Part shown: positions 52,447 through 64,000 of the stretch, one piece after another
Layout: each line of letters opens with the position of its first letter
Position numbering within the stretch: the stretch's first letter is position 1
Origin: Nitrosomonas sp.
Lineage (GTDB): Bacteria > Pseudomonadota > Gammaproteobacteria > Burkholderiales > Nitrosomonadaceae
Direction of reading: 5' to 3'
Length of the DNA stretch: 64,000 nucleotides
Assembly (NCBI GenBank): GCA_024282035.1
Contig: JAMWZR010000002.1
Span: 49,954-113,953 of the forward strand
Made by a program: the position numbers and the translations under genes
The notes under the pieces: model-generated
Databases searched by the model: none
What the model was told of the DNA's origin: nothing
The model's input: the letters and a program-made list of their open reading frames with translations, nothing else

Positions 52447-55008
52447 TTAACCATCAGTGGAGTCACTATCTTCACTTTCGGCCACACGCTCCAACCCTGC
52501 CAGTTTCTCACCGGCATCCAGATTGATCAACGTGACGCCCTGCGTGGCGCGACTCATTTCACGTACTTCGTTGACACGGGTGCGAATCAGGACACCACCT
52601 GATGTAATCAGCATGATCTCATCTTCCGGTTTGACCAGCTTGGCCGTAACTACTTTGCCGTTGCGCGGGCTGGTGATGATGGCAATCATGCCTTGGGTAC
52701 CACGATTGTGCCGTGTGTACTCACCGATTGGAGTGCGTTTGCCAAAGCCATTTTCCGTTGCAGTGAGCACTGCCAGTTCCTCGTTTTCAGCAACCAGCAT
52801 GGAAATGACCTGTTGTCCCGATCCCAGTTTCATGCCACGAACACCACGGGCGCCACGTCCCATCGGCCGTACATCGTTTTCGCTGAATCGTGTAGCCTTG
52901 CCATTATCCGAGAACAGCATGACATCATGTTTGCCCTCAGTCAGCTCCACGCCAATCAGGTAGTCACCTTCATCCAGCCCGATAGCGATGATGCCATTGT
53001 TGCGTGGACGGGAAAATTCCGAGAGCGGGGTTTTCTTGACTGTGCCAAAGGCGGTTGCCATGAAGACAAAACGATTTTCGTCAAAAGTCTTGACCGGCAG
53101 GATGGCATTGATTTTCTCGCCTTCTTCCAGTTGTACCCAGTTGATGATGGGTTTACCGCGGGATTGCCGGCCGCCCTGGGGCACTTCGTAGACCTTGATC
53201 CAATACACCCGCCCAAGACTGGAGAAACACAGGATATAGTCATGTGTGTTGGCGATGAACAACTTGTCGATAAAGTCGTCTTCCTTGGTGCTGGTGGCCA
53301 GTTTGCCGCGACCGCCTCGTTTCTGCGCGCGATAGTCATCCAGGAGCTGCGATTTGATATAGCCGCTGTGAGATAGCGTGACTACGACATCAGCCGGTGC
53401 GATCAGGTCTTCCATGCTCAGATGCTGCGCATCAAGAATGATTTCGCTGCGACGGCCATCACCGAATTGCAGTTTGATGGCATTCAGTTCTTCGGAAATG
53501 ATGCTGGTTATCCGCTCCGGATTGGCCAGAATATCCAGAAAATCAATAATCTTGTCGATGACTTCCCGGTATTCGTCAACAATCTTTTCCTGCTCCAAGC
53601 CGGTCAGGCGTTGCAGGCGAAGTTCCAGAATGGCCTGTGCCTGAGCATCGGACAACCGATAGCCTTGTGCCTGCAAGCCAAATGCCTGATCCAGTCCCTC
53701 TGGCCGCAGGGCTTGAGCATCGGCCAGTGCTCGGCTCAGCATTTCTTTTACCAGGTTCGAATGCCAGGTTCGCGCCATTAGGGCTTCCTTGGCATCGGCA
53801 GGTGTGGGTGCAGCCTTGATCAATGCAATGATTTCATCGACATTGGAAAGCGCTACCGCCAGTCCTTCGAGTAAATGCCCGCGTTCACGTGCTTTTTTGA
53901 GTTCGAATACCGTGCGTCGTGTCACCACTTCGCGACGGTGACGCAGGAAGGCATCGAGAATTTGTTTCAGGTTCAACAGACGTGGCTGGCCATCCAGCAG
54001 GGCCACCATGTTCATGCCGAACGTGTCCTGCATTTGTGTTTCCTTGAACAGATTGTTCAGGATGACATCCGGAATTTCACTGCGCTTTAGCTCGATGACC
54101 ACACGCATGCCGGATTTATCGGATTCGTCGCGCAGGTCGGATATGCCTTCGATTTTTTTGTCACGCACCAGTTCACCGATGCGAATCAGCAGATTGGCTT
54201 TATTGACCTGATAAGGCAATTCGTCGATGACGATGCACTGACGACTACCTTTTTCCATATCTTCGAAGTGAGTGCGTGCACGCATGATGACGCGCCCACG
54301 GCCGGTACGATAACCATCCCTGACACCTTCGACACCGTAAATGATGCCGGCAGTGGGAAAGTCGGGAGCAGGTATGTGATCGATGAGTTCGTCAATGCTG
54401 ATTTCCGGATTGGCGAGCAATGCCAGGCAGGCTTCAACCACTTCCCCTAAATTGTGCGGCGGTATGTTAGTGGCCATGCCGACAGCAATACCAGATGAAC
54501 CATTGATCAGCAGGTTAGGAATTCGGGTTGGCAGAATCAGGGGTTCTTGTTCCGAACCATCGTAGTTGGGTCCGAAATCGACGGTTTCCTTGTCGAGGTC
54601 CATCAGCAATTCATGCGCAATGCGTGACATGCGGATCTCGGTGTAACGCATGGCCGCTGCGTTGTCTCCGTCCACCGATCCAAAATTGCCTTGTCCGTCG
54701 ATCAGCATGTAACGCAACGAGAAATCCTGAGCCATGCGGACGATGGTGTCGTAGACCGCCGTATCGCCATGCGGGTGATATTTACCAATCACATCACCGA
54801 CGATACGCGCAGATTTCTTGTAAGGCCGATTCCAGTCATTGGAAAGCTCGTGCATCGCAAACAGTACACGGCGGTGTACCGGTTTCAGGCCATCGCGGAC
54901 ATCAGGAAGCGCGCGGCCAACAATCACACTCATGGCATAATCAAGATAGGAACGCCTCATCTCCTCTTCGAGACTGATGGGCAGGGTTTCCTTGGCGAAT
55001 TGATTCAT
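52447..55008 (-). CDS. gyrA: DNA gyrase subunit A
   Basis: [15 protein letters not shown] active-site Tyr and GyrA-box QKRGGRG. Confidence 0.99.
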   Translation of the reverse strand: MNQFAKETLPISLEEEMRRSYLDYAMSVIVGRALPDVRDGLKPVHRRVLFAMHELSNDWNRPYKKSARIVGDVIGKYHPHGDTAVYDTIVRMAQDFSLRYMLIDGQGNFGSVDGDNAAAMRYTEIRMSRIAHELLMDLDKETVDFGPNYDGSEQEPLILPTRIPNLLINGSSGIAVGMATNIPPHNLGEVVEACLALLANPEISIDELIDHIPAPDFPTAGIIYGVEGVRDGYRTGRGRVIMRARTHFEDMEKGSRQCIVIDELPYQVNKANLLIRIGELVRDKKIEGISDLRDESDKSGMRVVIELKRSEIPDVILNNLFKETQMQDTFGMNMVALLDGQPRLLNLKQILDAFLRHRREVVTRRTVFELKKARERGHLLEGLAVALSNVDEIIALIKAAPTPADAKEALMARTWHSNLVKEMLSRALADAQALRPEGLDQAFGLQAQGYRLSDAQAQAILELRLQRLTGLEQEKIVDEYREVIDKIIDFLDILANPERITSIISEELNAIKLQFGDGRRSEIILDAQHLSMEDLIAPADVVVTLSHSGYIKSQLLDDYRAQKRGGRGKLATSTKEDDFIDKLFIANTHDYILCFSSLGRVYWIKVYEVPQGGRQSRGKPIINWVQLEEGEKINAILPVKTFDENRFVFMATAFGTVKKTPLSEFSRPRNNGIIAIGLDEGDYLIGVELTEGKHDVMLFSDNGKATRFSENDVRPMGRGARGVRGMKLGSGQQVISMLVAENEELAVLTATENGFGKRTPIGEYTRHNRGTQGMIAIITSPRNGKVVTAKLVKPEDEIMLITSGGVLIRTRVNEVREMSRATQGVTLINLDAGEKLAGLERVAESEDSDSTDG

Positions 55009-55288
55009 GTCTTTTTTATTCAGGAATAAAGATGGAGATTGTGTTCAGGGTATATCCGTGCCGTGCAGAAGAATATACAAATTATTTCATTCTAACATGT
55101 TGCTGGAATTTCACAGGTAACTTTACACGAATGGCCATGTAAAACAGCAGAGGGATTACGGTGCGCAAGGAAAAAAGCTTGAAAAAGCGGATTAAATGAG
55201 TGAATATAGCCACTTTTCAATTTTTCCTACCTGTTGTTCTGGTGGAATATCTTAATTGTTTCTCATCCGAAAGTGCGAGTGCTAGTTT

Positions 55289-56461
55289 GTGTCTAACTTG
55301 ATGAATACCTATTCCCGGCTGCCCGTAACCTTTGTCAAGGGGAGCGGTGTGTGGTTATGGGATGATCATGGGGAAAAATACTTGGATGCATTGTCCGGTG
55401 TCGCAGTGTGCGGCTTGGGTCATTGCCATCCCCGTCTATCCAAAGCCATTTGTGAGCAAGCGAGTACGCTGATACACACTTCCAATCTTTATCACATTGA
55501 AAAGCAGGAGCGTTTGGCGGAACGGTTAACGCAATTATCCGGTATGGATAATGCCTTCTTCTGCAATTCCGGAGCGGAAGCCAATGAAGCTGCAATCAAA
55601 CTGGCCCGATTGCATGGACATAACAAAGGCATTGCTGTGCCGACGATAGTGGTGATGGAGCGTTCATTCCACGGGCGAACCATGGCGACTCTTACGGCAA
55701 GTGGAAATCGCAAGGTGCAGGCAGGGTTTGAGCCCTTGCTGTCCGGTTTTGTTCGTGTTCCTTACAATAACATTGAAGCCGTTGCTCAAGTTGCAGCTAA
55801 TAACAAAGATGTGGTGGCTGTCTTGGTGGAACCGTTCCAAGGGGAAGGGGGAGTCAACATTCCCGAAGCGCATTATTTACGCGAGTTACGTCATCTATGT
55901 GACCAGAACGGATGGTTGCTGATGCTGGATGAAGTGCAATCCGGTATTGGAAGAAGTGGAAAATGGTTTGCCTTTCAGCATAGCCAAATCATGCCAGATG
56001 TGGTGACGTTGGCCAAAGGGCTGGGCGGAGGCGTTGCAATCGGAGCCTGTATGGCAAAGGGAACGGCTGCCGAAGTATTTAAACCTGGCAATCATGCATC
56101 TACTTTTGGGGGGAATCCCTTGGCCTGTGCAGCAGCATTGGAGACGCTGGCGGTCATAGAGGATGAGCATTTGCTGGAACATGCCACAGAATTAGGTGAT
56201 TTTCTGCGTAACCATTTCAGGCAGCGATTATCCGATGTCTCGAAAGTTGTGCAAATTCGTGGTCAGGGATTGATTGTGGGTATTGAACTTTCCGTGCCTT
56301 GTGTCGATTTAGTGAAGAAAGCCTTAGAAAAGAAGTTGTTGATTAATGTAACATCCGAGAAAGTCGTGCGTTTACTGCCGGCATTTGTGATGCAACAAAA
56401 CGAAGCCGAGCAGGTAGTCGACATCACTTGCCTGTTGATAAAGGAGTTTCTAAATAGCTGA
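55289..56461 (+). CDS. argD: Acetylornithine aminotransferase
   Basis: SGAEANEAAIKLAR, SFHGRT, DEVQSGIGRSG and HASTFGGNPLA; GTG start. Confidence 0.95.
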   Translation: MSNLMNTYSRLPVTFVKGSGVWLWDDHGEKYLDALSGVAVCGLGHCHPRLSKAICEQASTLIHTSNLYHIEKQERLAERLTQLSGMDNAFFCNSGAEANEAAIKLARLHGHNKGIAVPTIVVMERSFHGRTMATLTASGNRKVQAGFEPLLSGFVRVPYNNIEAVAQVAANNKDVVAVLVEPFQGEGGVNIPEAHYLRELRHLCDQNGWLLMLDEVQSGIGRSGKWFAFQHSQIMPDVVTLAKGLGGGVAIGACMAKGTAAEVFKPGNHASTFGGNPLACAAALETLAVIEDEHLLEHATELGDFLRNHFRQRLSDVSKVVQIRGQGLIVGIELSVPCVDLVKKALEKKLLINVTSEKVVRLLPAFVMQQNEAEQVVDITCLLIKEFLNS

Positions 56462-56505
56462 CCGGTCATGGTTCGTTTATGGTTCGAGCAGTTATTTGTC
56501 TTGAT

Positions 56506-57432
56506 ATGTCACTTAAGCATTTTTTGCAATTCAATGATTTCAGTCGTGAGGAGTATGAGTATCTGTTCGAACGTGCGCGCTGGATAAAGCAGGAATTCAA
56601 AGCGTATCGACAATACTGGCCGCTGACGGATCGTACACTGGCCATGATATTCGACAAGAGTTCTACGCGTACGCGCTTATCCTTTGAAGCCGGAATGCAT
56701 CAGTTGGGAGGCGCTGCCATCTATTTGTCGACCCGAGATACGCAGCTTGGACGTGGCGAACCGGTGGAAGATGCCGCGCGTGTCATTTCCCGCATGGTTG
56801 ACCTCGTCATGATCCGGACATTCCAACATGAAACCGTGCAACATTTCGCACAGTATTCGCGAGTTCCCGTTATCAATGGTCTGACGGATGAATACCATCC
56901 CTGTCAAATTATGAGTGATATTTTCACCTATATGGAGCATCGAGGTCGAATCGAGGGTAAAACGGTGGCCTGGATTGGAGATTCGAACAATATGTGCAAC
57001 ACATGGTTGCAAGCCGCTGAAATTTTCAATTTCAAGGTCAATGTGTCAACTCCGCCAGGGTATGATATTGACCCAGCACAGATCGGACTGGCAGGAAGTC
57101 TGCACTATGAAAAATTTGTGAGTCCGCATGAGGCCGTAGCAGGTGTCGATTTGGTGACTACTGATGTTTGGACGAGCATGGGGTTTGAAGCGGAAGCTGA
57201 ACAGAGGAAAAATGATTTCGCAGAATTCTGTGTAGATGCCGAGATGCTGGCTTTGGCCAAGAAAGACGCGCTATTCATGCATTGCTTGCCAGCTCACCGT
57301 GGTGAAGAGGTCAGCGCAGAAGTTCTGGATGGGCCTCAATCCGTGGTTTGGGATGAGGCTGAGAATCGCCTGCATACACAGAAAGCATTGATGGAATATT
57401 TATTGCTCGGCAAATTAGAAACAGCAACTTGA
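56506..57432 (+). CDS. argF: Ornithine carbamoyltransferase
   Basis: STRTR, HPCQ and FMHCLPAHRG motifs. Confidence 0.97.
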   Translation: MSLKHFLQFNDFSREEYEYLFERARWIKQEFKAYRQYWPLTDRTLAMIFDKSSTRTRLSFEAGMHQLGGAAIYLSTRDTQLGRGEPVEDAARVISRMVDLVMIRTFQHETVQHFAQYSRVPVINGLTDEYHPCQIMSDIFTYMEHRGRIEGKTVAWIGDSNNMCNTWLQAAEIFNFKVNVSTPPGYDIDPAQIGLAGSLHYEKFVSPHEAVAGVDLVTTDVWTSMGFEAEAEQRKNDFAEFCVDAEMLALAKKDALFMHCLPAHRGEEVSAEVLDGPQSVVWDEAENRLHTQKALMEYLLLGKLETAT

Positions 57433-57497
57433 AGTCATGCAACATACAGGTTGTATGGTTGCTCATGATTGTGCTTAATCGTTAAATTAATAAAAGA

Positions 57498-58724
57498 ATG
57501 AAAAAAATTAACAAAGTGGTATTGGCGTTTTCAGGTGGGTTGGATACTTCAGTCATTCTTAAGTGGTTGCAGGATACTTATCAATGTGAGGTGGTTACCT
57601 TTACAGCGGATATTGGCCAGGGTGAAGAAGTTGAGCCCGCTCGTGCGAAAGCGAAACAACTGGGCATCAAAGAAATTTTTATTGACGATCTTCGGGAAGA
57701 ATTCGTACGTGATTTCGTATTTCCGATGTTTCGAGCCAACACGATTTATGAAGGGGAGTATTTGCTGGGTACCAGCATTGCACGTCCATTGATTGCAAAG
57801 CGGCAGATTGAAATCGCCAAAGCAACGGGAGCCGATGCAGTTTCGCATGGTGCCACAGGAAAAGGAAATGATCAGGTTCGGTTTGAACTGGGTTACTATG
57901 CTTTGCAACCTGATATTCAGGTGATTGCACCATGGCGTGAGTGGGATCTTACATCTCGAGAACGTTTGTTGCAGTATGCCGAGAGTCATGGAATTCCAGT
58001 GGAGATGAAAAAAAAGACTGGGTCACCTTACAGCATGGATGCCAATTTGCTGCATATTTCCTATGAAGGAAGGGCGCTTGAAGATCCAGCTATAGAACCC
58101 GAGGAATCGATGTGGCGTTGGACGGTGTCACCTGAGCAAGCACCGGACCAACCGGAATATTTGACCATGGAGTTTAAGGGGGGTGATCCCGTGGCACTCG
58201 ATGGGCAATTCTTGACGCCCGCAGCGTTACTAGCTAAGTTGAATCAGGTGGGGGGTAAGCATGGTATTGGCAGACTCGACCTAGTAGAGAATCGTTATGT
58301 TGGCATGAAATCACGCGGTTGTTATGAAACACCGGGCGGGACGATTTTGCTGCGTGCCCATCGTGCAATCGAATCCATTACGCTGGATCGCGAAGTGACA
58401 CACCTCAAAGATGATCTGATGCCACGCTATGCTTCATTGATCTATAACGGCTACTGGTGGAGTCCAGAGCGCAAGATTCTGCAAACACTTATTGATGCGA
58501 CGCAAGAGAGAGTCAACGGATGGGTCAAGTTGAAGCTATACAAGGGTAATGTCACTGTCGTGGGCAGAGATTCATCCAGTGATTCATTATTCGATTCAAA
58601 GATTGCTACATTTGAAGATGATGCGGGAGCCTATCATCAGGCCGATGCAGCAGGTTTTATCAAACTGAATGCTTTACGGATGCGGATTGCGGCGGGTCTG
58701 GAAAAAAGGAATGAGAGAAAATAA
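57498..58724 (+). CDS. argG: Argininosuccinate synthase
   Basis: [10 protein letters not shown] and [14 protein letters not shown] motifs. Confidence 0.98.
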   Translation: MKKINKVVLAFSGGLDTSVILKWLQDTYQCEVVTFTADIGQGEEVEPARAKAKQLGIKEIFIDDLREEFVRDFVFPMFRANTIYEGEYLLGTSIARPLIAKRQIEIAKATGADAVSHGATGKGNDQVRFELGYYALQPDIQVIAPWREWDLTSRERLLQYAESHGIPVEMKKKTGSPYSMDANLLHISYEGRALEDPAIEPEESMWRWTVSPEQAPDQPEYLTMEFKGGDPVALDGQFLTPAALLAKLNQVGGKHGIGRLDLVENRYVGMKSRGCYETPGGTILLRAHRAIESITLDREVTHLKDDLMPRYASLIYNGYWWSPERKILQTLIDATQERVNGWVKLKLYKGNVTVVGRDSSSDSLFDSKIATFEDDAGAYHQADAAGFIKLNALRMRIAAGLEKRNERK

Positions 58725-58847
58725 AGGTTCAGGTTTTTGCGGTACAGATTACACACCGTGCGTTGAACGTTTTGCAGCACATATATGAAAAGCTACAAGA
58801 CAGATTTAGATTTCTTCAATCAGAGTTCAAATTAACGTTCATAACTA

Positions 58848-59333
58848 ATGCCAACATTTGATATCGTTTCGGAAGTAGATAAGCAGGAAGTACGTAACGC
58901 AGTAGAACAAGCGAACAAGGAAGTTGGCGCGCGTTTTGACTTCAAGGGTTCTGACGCACGAATCGAGCAAGTTGATTATCAGTTGACAGTTTACGCAGAC
59001 GATGATTTTAAGCTTGAACAAGTTCAGGATATTCTTAGAACGAAATTGACCAAGCGCGGTGTTGATGTTCGCTGCTTGGAAAAAGGATCGATTGAAAAAA
59101 TCAGTGGCAATAAAGTTAAGCAGAAACTTACAGTCAAGGTAGGTTTGGAAACAGAATTGGCGAAAAGAATCATAAAATTGATAAAGGATGGCAAGATGAA
59201 GGCACAGGCTAGTATTCAAGGAGATTTGGTTAGAGTAACAGGCAGTAAAAAGGATGTTTTACAGGAAGTAATTCAGTTCGTAAAAAAATCGGTGGATGAT
59301 TTTCCATTGCAATTTCAAAATTTCAGAGATTAA
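58848..59333 (+). CDS. yajQ: YajQ family cyclic di-GMP/nucleotide-binding protein
   Basis: [11 protein letters not shown]...RFDFKG and [12 protein letters not shown]...LQFQNFRD. Confidence 0.96.
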   Translation: MPTFDIVSEVDKQEVRNAVEQANKEVGARFDFKGSDARIEQVDYQLTVYADDDFKLEQVQDILRTKLTKRGVDVRCLEKGSIEKISGNKVKQKLTVKVGLETELAKRIIKLIKDGKMKAQASIQGDLVRVTGSKKDVLQEVIQFVKKSVDDFPLQFQNFRD

Positions 59334-59426
59334 AAATTCGAATAGACGAGCAGATAGATTCAATCAGATGTGAACATAAGATCAATTGACAACAAACAGT
59401 ACCAACGAACTAGGCTGATGTTTATC

Positions 59427-59455
59427 TTGACACAACCACCTAAACAACCTAGAAT
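59427..59455 (+). promoter_or_regulatory. Sigma70 promoter of the str operon
   Basis: TTGACA-17 nt-TAGAAT followed by a GC-rich discriminator (ccgc), about 120 nt upstream of rpsL. Confidence 0.8.
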
Positions 59456-59578
59456 CCGCAGTCTTTTTTGTCGCATCTGCAAAGTGTGATGGCGAACAAA
59501 TAAAAATCACGATTTGAAAAATCATAAATATAATTAGGAACAGTGCGGTCTGTTCTTGTTATTCAGGATACAGTTTAA

Positions 59579-59956
59579 ATGCCAACAATAAGTCAGTTAG
59601 TACGAAAGCCACGTGTGGCAAAACGAATCAAAAGTAATGTTCCTGCTTTGGAGAATAGTCCGCAGAAGCGTGGAGTTTGTACTCGGGTATATACGACAAC
59701 ACCAAAAAAACCAAATTCTGCACTTCGGAAAGTAGCTAGAGTGAGATTGACTAATGGCTTCGAGGTGTCAAGTTATATTGGTGGCGAGGGACACAATCTT
59801 CAAGAGCACTCGGTAGTGCTGATACGTGGTGGTCGTGTTAAAGATTTGCCAGGTGTGCGATATCACACGGTTCGTGGTAGTTTGGATACGGCCGGCGTTA
59901 AAGATCGTAAACAAGGTCGCTCGAAGTATGGTTCTAAGAAGCCAAAGAGCGCTTAG
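59579..59956 (+). CDS. rpsL: 30S ribosomal protein S12
   Basis: [10 protein letters not shown]...[13 protein letters not shown]...[10 protein letters not shown]. Confidence 0.99.
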   Translation: MPTISQLVRKPRVAKRIKSNVPALENSPQKRGVCTRVYTTTPKKPNSALRKVARVRLTNGFEVSSYIGGEGHNLQEHSVVLIRGGRVKDLPGVRYHTVRGSLDTAGVKDRKQGRSKYGSKKPKSA

Positions 59957-60005
59957 AAGCAATAAGAAGATTGTAAAAATTAATGCATAAAAGAGGTTAA
60001 AAGGT

Positions 60006-60476
60006 ATGCCAAGACGTAGAGAAGTTCCTAAGCGCGAAATTTTGCCAGATCCAAAATATCATAATGTGGAATTGGCAAAATTTGTTAATGTGTTAATGAC
60101 ACGTGGAAAAAAATCAGTGGCTGAAAGGATTATCTACGGTGCGTTGAAGCATATCGAGAAAAAAACGGGTGGAGATCCGCTGGAAGTATTTACGCAGGCA
60201 CTAACCAATGTTCGTCCGATTGTTGAAGTAAAAAGTCGACGAGTGGGAGGAGCAAACTATCAGGTGCCAGTAGAAGTAAGATCAGTGCGTAGAAATGCAC
60301 TTGCAATGCGTTGGCTTAGAGATGCGGCCAGAAAAAGAAGTGAAAAATCGATGGACGCTCGGTTGGCGGGTGAATTAGCTGAAGCAGCTGAAGGGCGTGG
60401 AGGTGCTGTGAAGAAGCGCGAAGAAGTTCATAGAATGGCAGAATCGAATAAAGCATTCTCTCATTTTAGGTTTTGA
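60006..60476 (+). CDS. rpsG: 30S ribosomal protein S7
   Basis: [10 protein letters not shown]...[16 protein letters not shown]...KAFSHFRF. Confidence 0.99.
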   Translation: MPRRREVPKREILPDPKYHNVELAKFVNVLMTRGKKSVAERIIYGALKHIEKKTGGDPLEVFTQALTNVRPIVEVKSRRVGGANYQVPVEVRSVRRNALAMRWLRDAARKRSEKSMDARLAGELAEAAEGRGGAVKKREEVHRMAESNKAFSHFRF

Positions 60477-60540
60477 TTTGTGTATAGAATAAGTAGAAAA
60501 GTTAACAATTCATTTTGAAACAAATTTAAGGCATTAAATC

Positions 60541-62631
60541 GTGGCAAGAAAAACACCCATAGAACGTTATAGAAACATCGGTATCATGGCGCATATCGAT
60601 GCCGGAAAAACGACTACTACAGAACGCGTGTTATTTTACACGGGTGTATCGCATAAACTTGGCGAAGTGCACGATGGTGCAGCAACGATGGATTGGATGG
60701 AGCAGGAGCAGGAAAGGGGAATTACGATTACTTCCGCTGCCACTACTTGTTTCTGGAAAGGAATGGCTAGTAACTATCCTGAACATCGCATCAACATCAT
60801 TGATACACCAGGTCACGTGGATTTTACTATCGAAGTTGAACGCTCATTGCGTGTGCTTGATGGTGCGTGTACTGTGTTTTGTGCGGTGGGTGGTGTGCAA
60901 CCTCAGACCGAAACAGTTTGGCGCCAAGCTAACAAATATAAAGTGCCGCGCTTGGCATTTGTAAATAAGATGGATCGCTCTGGTGCAAATTTCATGCGCG
61001 TTTATGAGCAGATCAAAGCAAGATTAAAAGCAGTGCCAGTGCCAATACAGCTTCCAATTGGAGCGGAAGATCAATTCGAAGGGGTCGTAGATTTGATCAA
61101 GATGAAAGCAATCTATTGGGATGATGAAAGTCGTGGAATGAAGTTCGAGGAACGCGATATTCCCGCTAATTTGCAAAAGGATGCTTCCGAATGGCGAGAA
61201 AAAATGGTCGAGTCGGCGGCTGAGGCAAATGAAGACTTAATGAATAAATATCTCGAAAGTGGTGGTCTTGAAGTCGAGGATGTTAAGAAAGGTCTTCGTA
61301 TACGTACGATTAATAACGAAATTGTTCCTATGATGTGCGGTACCGCTTTTAAAAATAAAGGGGTGCAGGCAATGTTGGATGCTGTGATAGATTTCATGCC
61401 ATCACCAATCGATATTGTGGCGATACAAGGTGAAAATGACAACGGAGAGCCGGATAAGAGAATAGCTGATGACAACGAACCGTTTTCCGCGTTAGCTTTT
61501 AAAATTGCTACTGATCCTTATGTGGGGCAATTAATCTTTTTTAGAGTGTATTCCGGTGTGGTGACATCAGGTGACACGGTTTTTAATCCTGTTAAAGGTA
61601 AAAAAGAGCGCATCGGTCGTATCTTGCAGATGCACGCAAATCAGCGTGAAGAGATCAAAGAAGTTAGAGCAGGCGATATTGCAGCAGCCGTTGGTTTGAA
61701 AGAGGCTGTTACTGGAGATACATTGTGTGATCCTCAGAAGATAATCACACTAGAAAGAATGGACTTTCCGGAGCCGGTTATACATGTAGCGGTGGAGCCC
61801 AAGACGAAATTAGATCAAGAAAAGATGGGAATTGCACTAAATCGATTGGCGCAAGAAGATCCTTCTTTTCGAGTAAGAACCGATGAAGAATCAGGGCAAA
61901 CTATTATTTCAGGAATGGGTGAGCTGCATCTGGAAATTATTGTTGATCGGATGAAAAGAGAGTTTGGTGTTGAGGCTAATGTTGGTGCTCCCCAAGTAGC
62001 TTATCGTGAGGCGATACGAAAACAAATAGAAATAGAAGGTAAATTTGTTAAGCAATCAGGTGGTAGAGGGCAGTATGGTCATGTTTGGTTAAGAATGGAA
62101 CCCAATGAGGCAGGAAAAGGCTTTGAATTCGTAGATGAGATTAAAGGTGGTTCTGTGCCTCGAGAATATATTCCGGCTGTAGAAAAAGGACTGCAAGAAA
62201 CGCTACCAAGTGGGGTTTTGGCAGGCTATCCTGTTGTTGATGTCAAGGTGACACTATTTGATGGTTCATATCATGATGTTGATTCAAATGAGAATGCATT
62301 TAAAATGGCTGCATCCATAGCATTCAAAGATGGTATGCGTAAGGCAAATCCAGTTCTATTAGAACCGATGATGGCGGTTGAAGTGGAAACACCGGAAGAT
62401 TTCATGGGTAATGTTGTTGGTGATTTATCCTCGAGGCGTGGCATGATTCAAGGAATGGAAGATGTTCCAGGTTTAAAAGTGGTGCGGGCTGAAGTTCCAT
62501 TAGCTGAAATGTTTGGATATTCAACGGCATTGCGATCAGCTACACAAGGAAGAGCAACATATTCAATGGAATTCAAGCATTATTCTGAAGCGCCTAAAAA
62601 TGTGGCAGAAGCAATCATCAATAAAAAATAG
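60541..62631 (+). CDS. fusA: Elongation factor G
   Basis: [17 protein letters not shown] and NKMD GTPase motifs; 696 aa. Confidence 0.99.
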   Translation: MARKTPIERYRNIGIMAHIDAGKTTTTERVLFYTGVSHKLGEVHDGAATMDWMEQEQERGITITSAATTCFWKGMASNYPEHRINIIDTPGHVDFTIEVERSLRVLDGACTVFCAVGGVQPQTETVWRQANKYKVPRLAFVNKMDRSGANFMRVYEQIKARLKAVPVPIQLPIGAEDQFEGVVDLIKMKAIYWDDESRGMKFEERDIPANLQKDASEWREKMVESAAEANEDLMNKYLESGGLEVEDVKKGLRIRTINNEIVPMMCGTAFKNKGVQAMLDAVIDFMPSPIDIVAIQGENDNGEPDKRIADDNEPFSALAFKIATDPYVGQLIFFRVYSGVVTSGDTVFNPVKGKKERIGRILQMHANQREEIKEVRAGDIAAAVGLKEAVTGDTLCDPQKIITLERMDFPEPVIHVAVEPKTKLDQEKMGIALNRLAQEDPSFRVRTDEESGQTIISGMGELHLEIIVDRMKREFGVEANVGAPQVAYREAIRKQIEIEGKFVKQSGGRGQYGHVWLRMEPNEAGKGFEFVDEIKGGSVPREYIPAVEKGLQETLPSGVLAGYPVVDVKVTLFDGSYHDVDSNENAFKMAASIAFKDGMRKANPVLLEPMMAVEVETPEDFMGNVVGDLSSRRGMIQGMEDVPGLKVVRAEVPLAEMFGYSTALRSATQGRATYSMEFKHYSEAPKNVAEAIINKK

Positions 62632-62662
62632 TTTTTAATATAGAGAGCAAGAGGAACGAAAC

Positions 62663-63893
62663 ATGGCAAAGAGTAAATTTGAGAGATCGAAGCCACACGT
62701 GAATGTAGGTACGATAGGACACGTAGATCACGGTAAGACGACGCTTACAGCGGCGATTACGACGATATTGACGAAGAAGTTCGGCGGAGAGGCGAAGAGC
62801 TACGATCAAATTGACTCGGCACCAGAAGAACGTGCGCGTGGAATAACGATTAATACGGCACACGTGGAATATGAGACATCGCAGCGACATTACGCGCACA
62901 TCAATTGTCCGGGGCATGCGGATTATGTGAAGAATGTCTGACACCGGTACCCGCGCAGGATGGACAGAGCGGTACGTGGTATCGGCAGCGGATGGGCCGA
63001 TGCCTGAACACGCAGCGTTATACTGTCAGCTCGTCAGGTTAATGTTACCCATCTCTAACTCTTTCTTGAACAAAGCTGATATGGTTCAAGACGATGCCAA
63101 ATTCAATTTAGAAGAATTAACTGAAGTGGAAAATTGGTGAAATATTTATGAAATGCTATGAGTTTGCAAGAAAGATGACACACAAATCATTTGTCGATTT
63201 GAGCATTGAAAGCTCTGGAAGATTATTAAGAAAGCAACATCAGGTAAAGTGCCTAGATTCTGAAATTGGCGAAGCATATTCTCGATAGCTACACTGTACC
63301 GCAACAGAAGAACCATGCAATAGACAGGTGCCTTCTTATGCCGGTTGAAGACAGTATTTGGATATACAGAAAGGGGGTATGTTGTTACGGGGCATGGTGG
63401 CGTCAAATGGTCAAGATTCAAGGATCGAGATTGAGATTGTAGGTTAAAGCAACACTGGACAGTGTGTGCAGGTGTGGAAATGTTCACCAAGTTACCTGGA
63501 TACAAGGGCAGTATGTCACGATAACATCGTGTTTGTTGCGTGATTTTACGAAAGCCAAGAAGAAGGTAGACGCTGGTCAGTGCTGGCGAAGCGCAGCAGC
63601 ATATCACGCACACCAAATTCACCAGCTGAGGACGCATTTATGTAACAAGGAAGAAGGGGTTCGACGGCCACTCGCCACGTTCTTACGGGTCTGAAAGCCA
63701 CAGATTTTATTTCGAAACAACCGATGTTACCGGAGCAATGGTGCCAGCAGGAACGACAACGTCAGTTGCCTGAGAGATTGATGTGTGGTTACCGGTGGGA
63801 TTTTGATTGCACGATTAAGATGGTTTGAGATTTGCAATCCGGGAAGGCGGGCGTACTGTTGGTGCGGGTGTCGTTGCTAAAATTATTGAGTAA
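62663..63893 (+). pseudogene. tuf: Elongation factor Tu locus; ends intact, middle (~62900-63820) full of indels and stops, probably a sequencing or assembly artefact
   Basis: Clean [27 protein letters not shown] start and clean GLRFAIREGGRTVGAGVVAKIIE* end. Islands such as VVSAADGPMP, FLNKADMV and EIEIVG occur in shifting frames between them. Confidence 0.85.
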
Positions 63894-63963
63894 TTATTCA
63901 ACTTAATGTGTTGCAACTAAGAAATTAAGACAAAAAAGATTTCTTAGAATTAGGATTGCTAAT

Positions 63964-64000
63964 ATGCAAAATCAAAAAATTAGAATTAGACTCAAAGCAT
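63964..64000 (+). CDS. rpsJ: 30S ribosomal protein S10 (5' part; runs off the window)
   Basis: MQNQKIRIRLKA directly downstream of tuf. Confidence 0.95.
   Translation, partial: MQNQKIRIRLKA

Noticed and set aside
57498-62631. Lower GC of the argG-yajQ-str region as a sign of horizontal transfer
   Set aside because: These are core genes in standard order; composition more likely reflects expression- or strand-related codon bias.
62934-63694. ORFs 62934-63140, 63146-63637 and 63464-63694 as new genes
   Set aside because: They are by-products of the corrupted tuf sequence.

Overview
Chromosomal window from a betaproteobacterium. Gene order and protein style suggest a Nitrosomonas-like organism; this is an inference, not a search result. 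Most of it is housekeeping: leuS-lptE-holA, proA, lpdA, rluD/bamD, gyrA-serC-serA-pheA-hisC-aroF-tyrA, argD-argF-argG, yajQ and rpsL-rpsG-fusA-tuf-rpsJ. It is interleaved with many signalling genes: two PAS-GGDEF-EAL paralogs, an Hpt-REC-REC-GGDEF protein, two HDOD-type proteins and an orphan cheW-cheW-mcp-mcp cluster. I saw no tRNA, rRNA, CRISPR array or IS element. The main things the ORF track does not show are: (1) a ~320-bp, multiply deleted and frameshifted remnant of an MmeI-family (type IIL) restriction-modification gene at 13865-14188; (2) an in-frame amber stop splitting the second chemoreceptor; (3) RcsAB-box-like 14-bp palindromes plus sigma28-like elements upstream of both chemoreceptor units; (4) a candidate ~55-60 nt sRNA at ~2117-2174; (5) a tuf gene with clean ends and a scrambled middle, most likely an unpolished long-read repeat. 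The best candidate for a poorly understood system is the coupled operon of retropepsin-like protease, inactive transglutaminase-7TM protein and ATP-grasp ligase (24533-27796). That family arrangement is known from comparative genomics, but I know of no established function for it.
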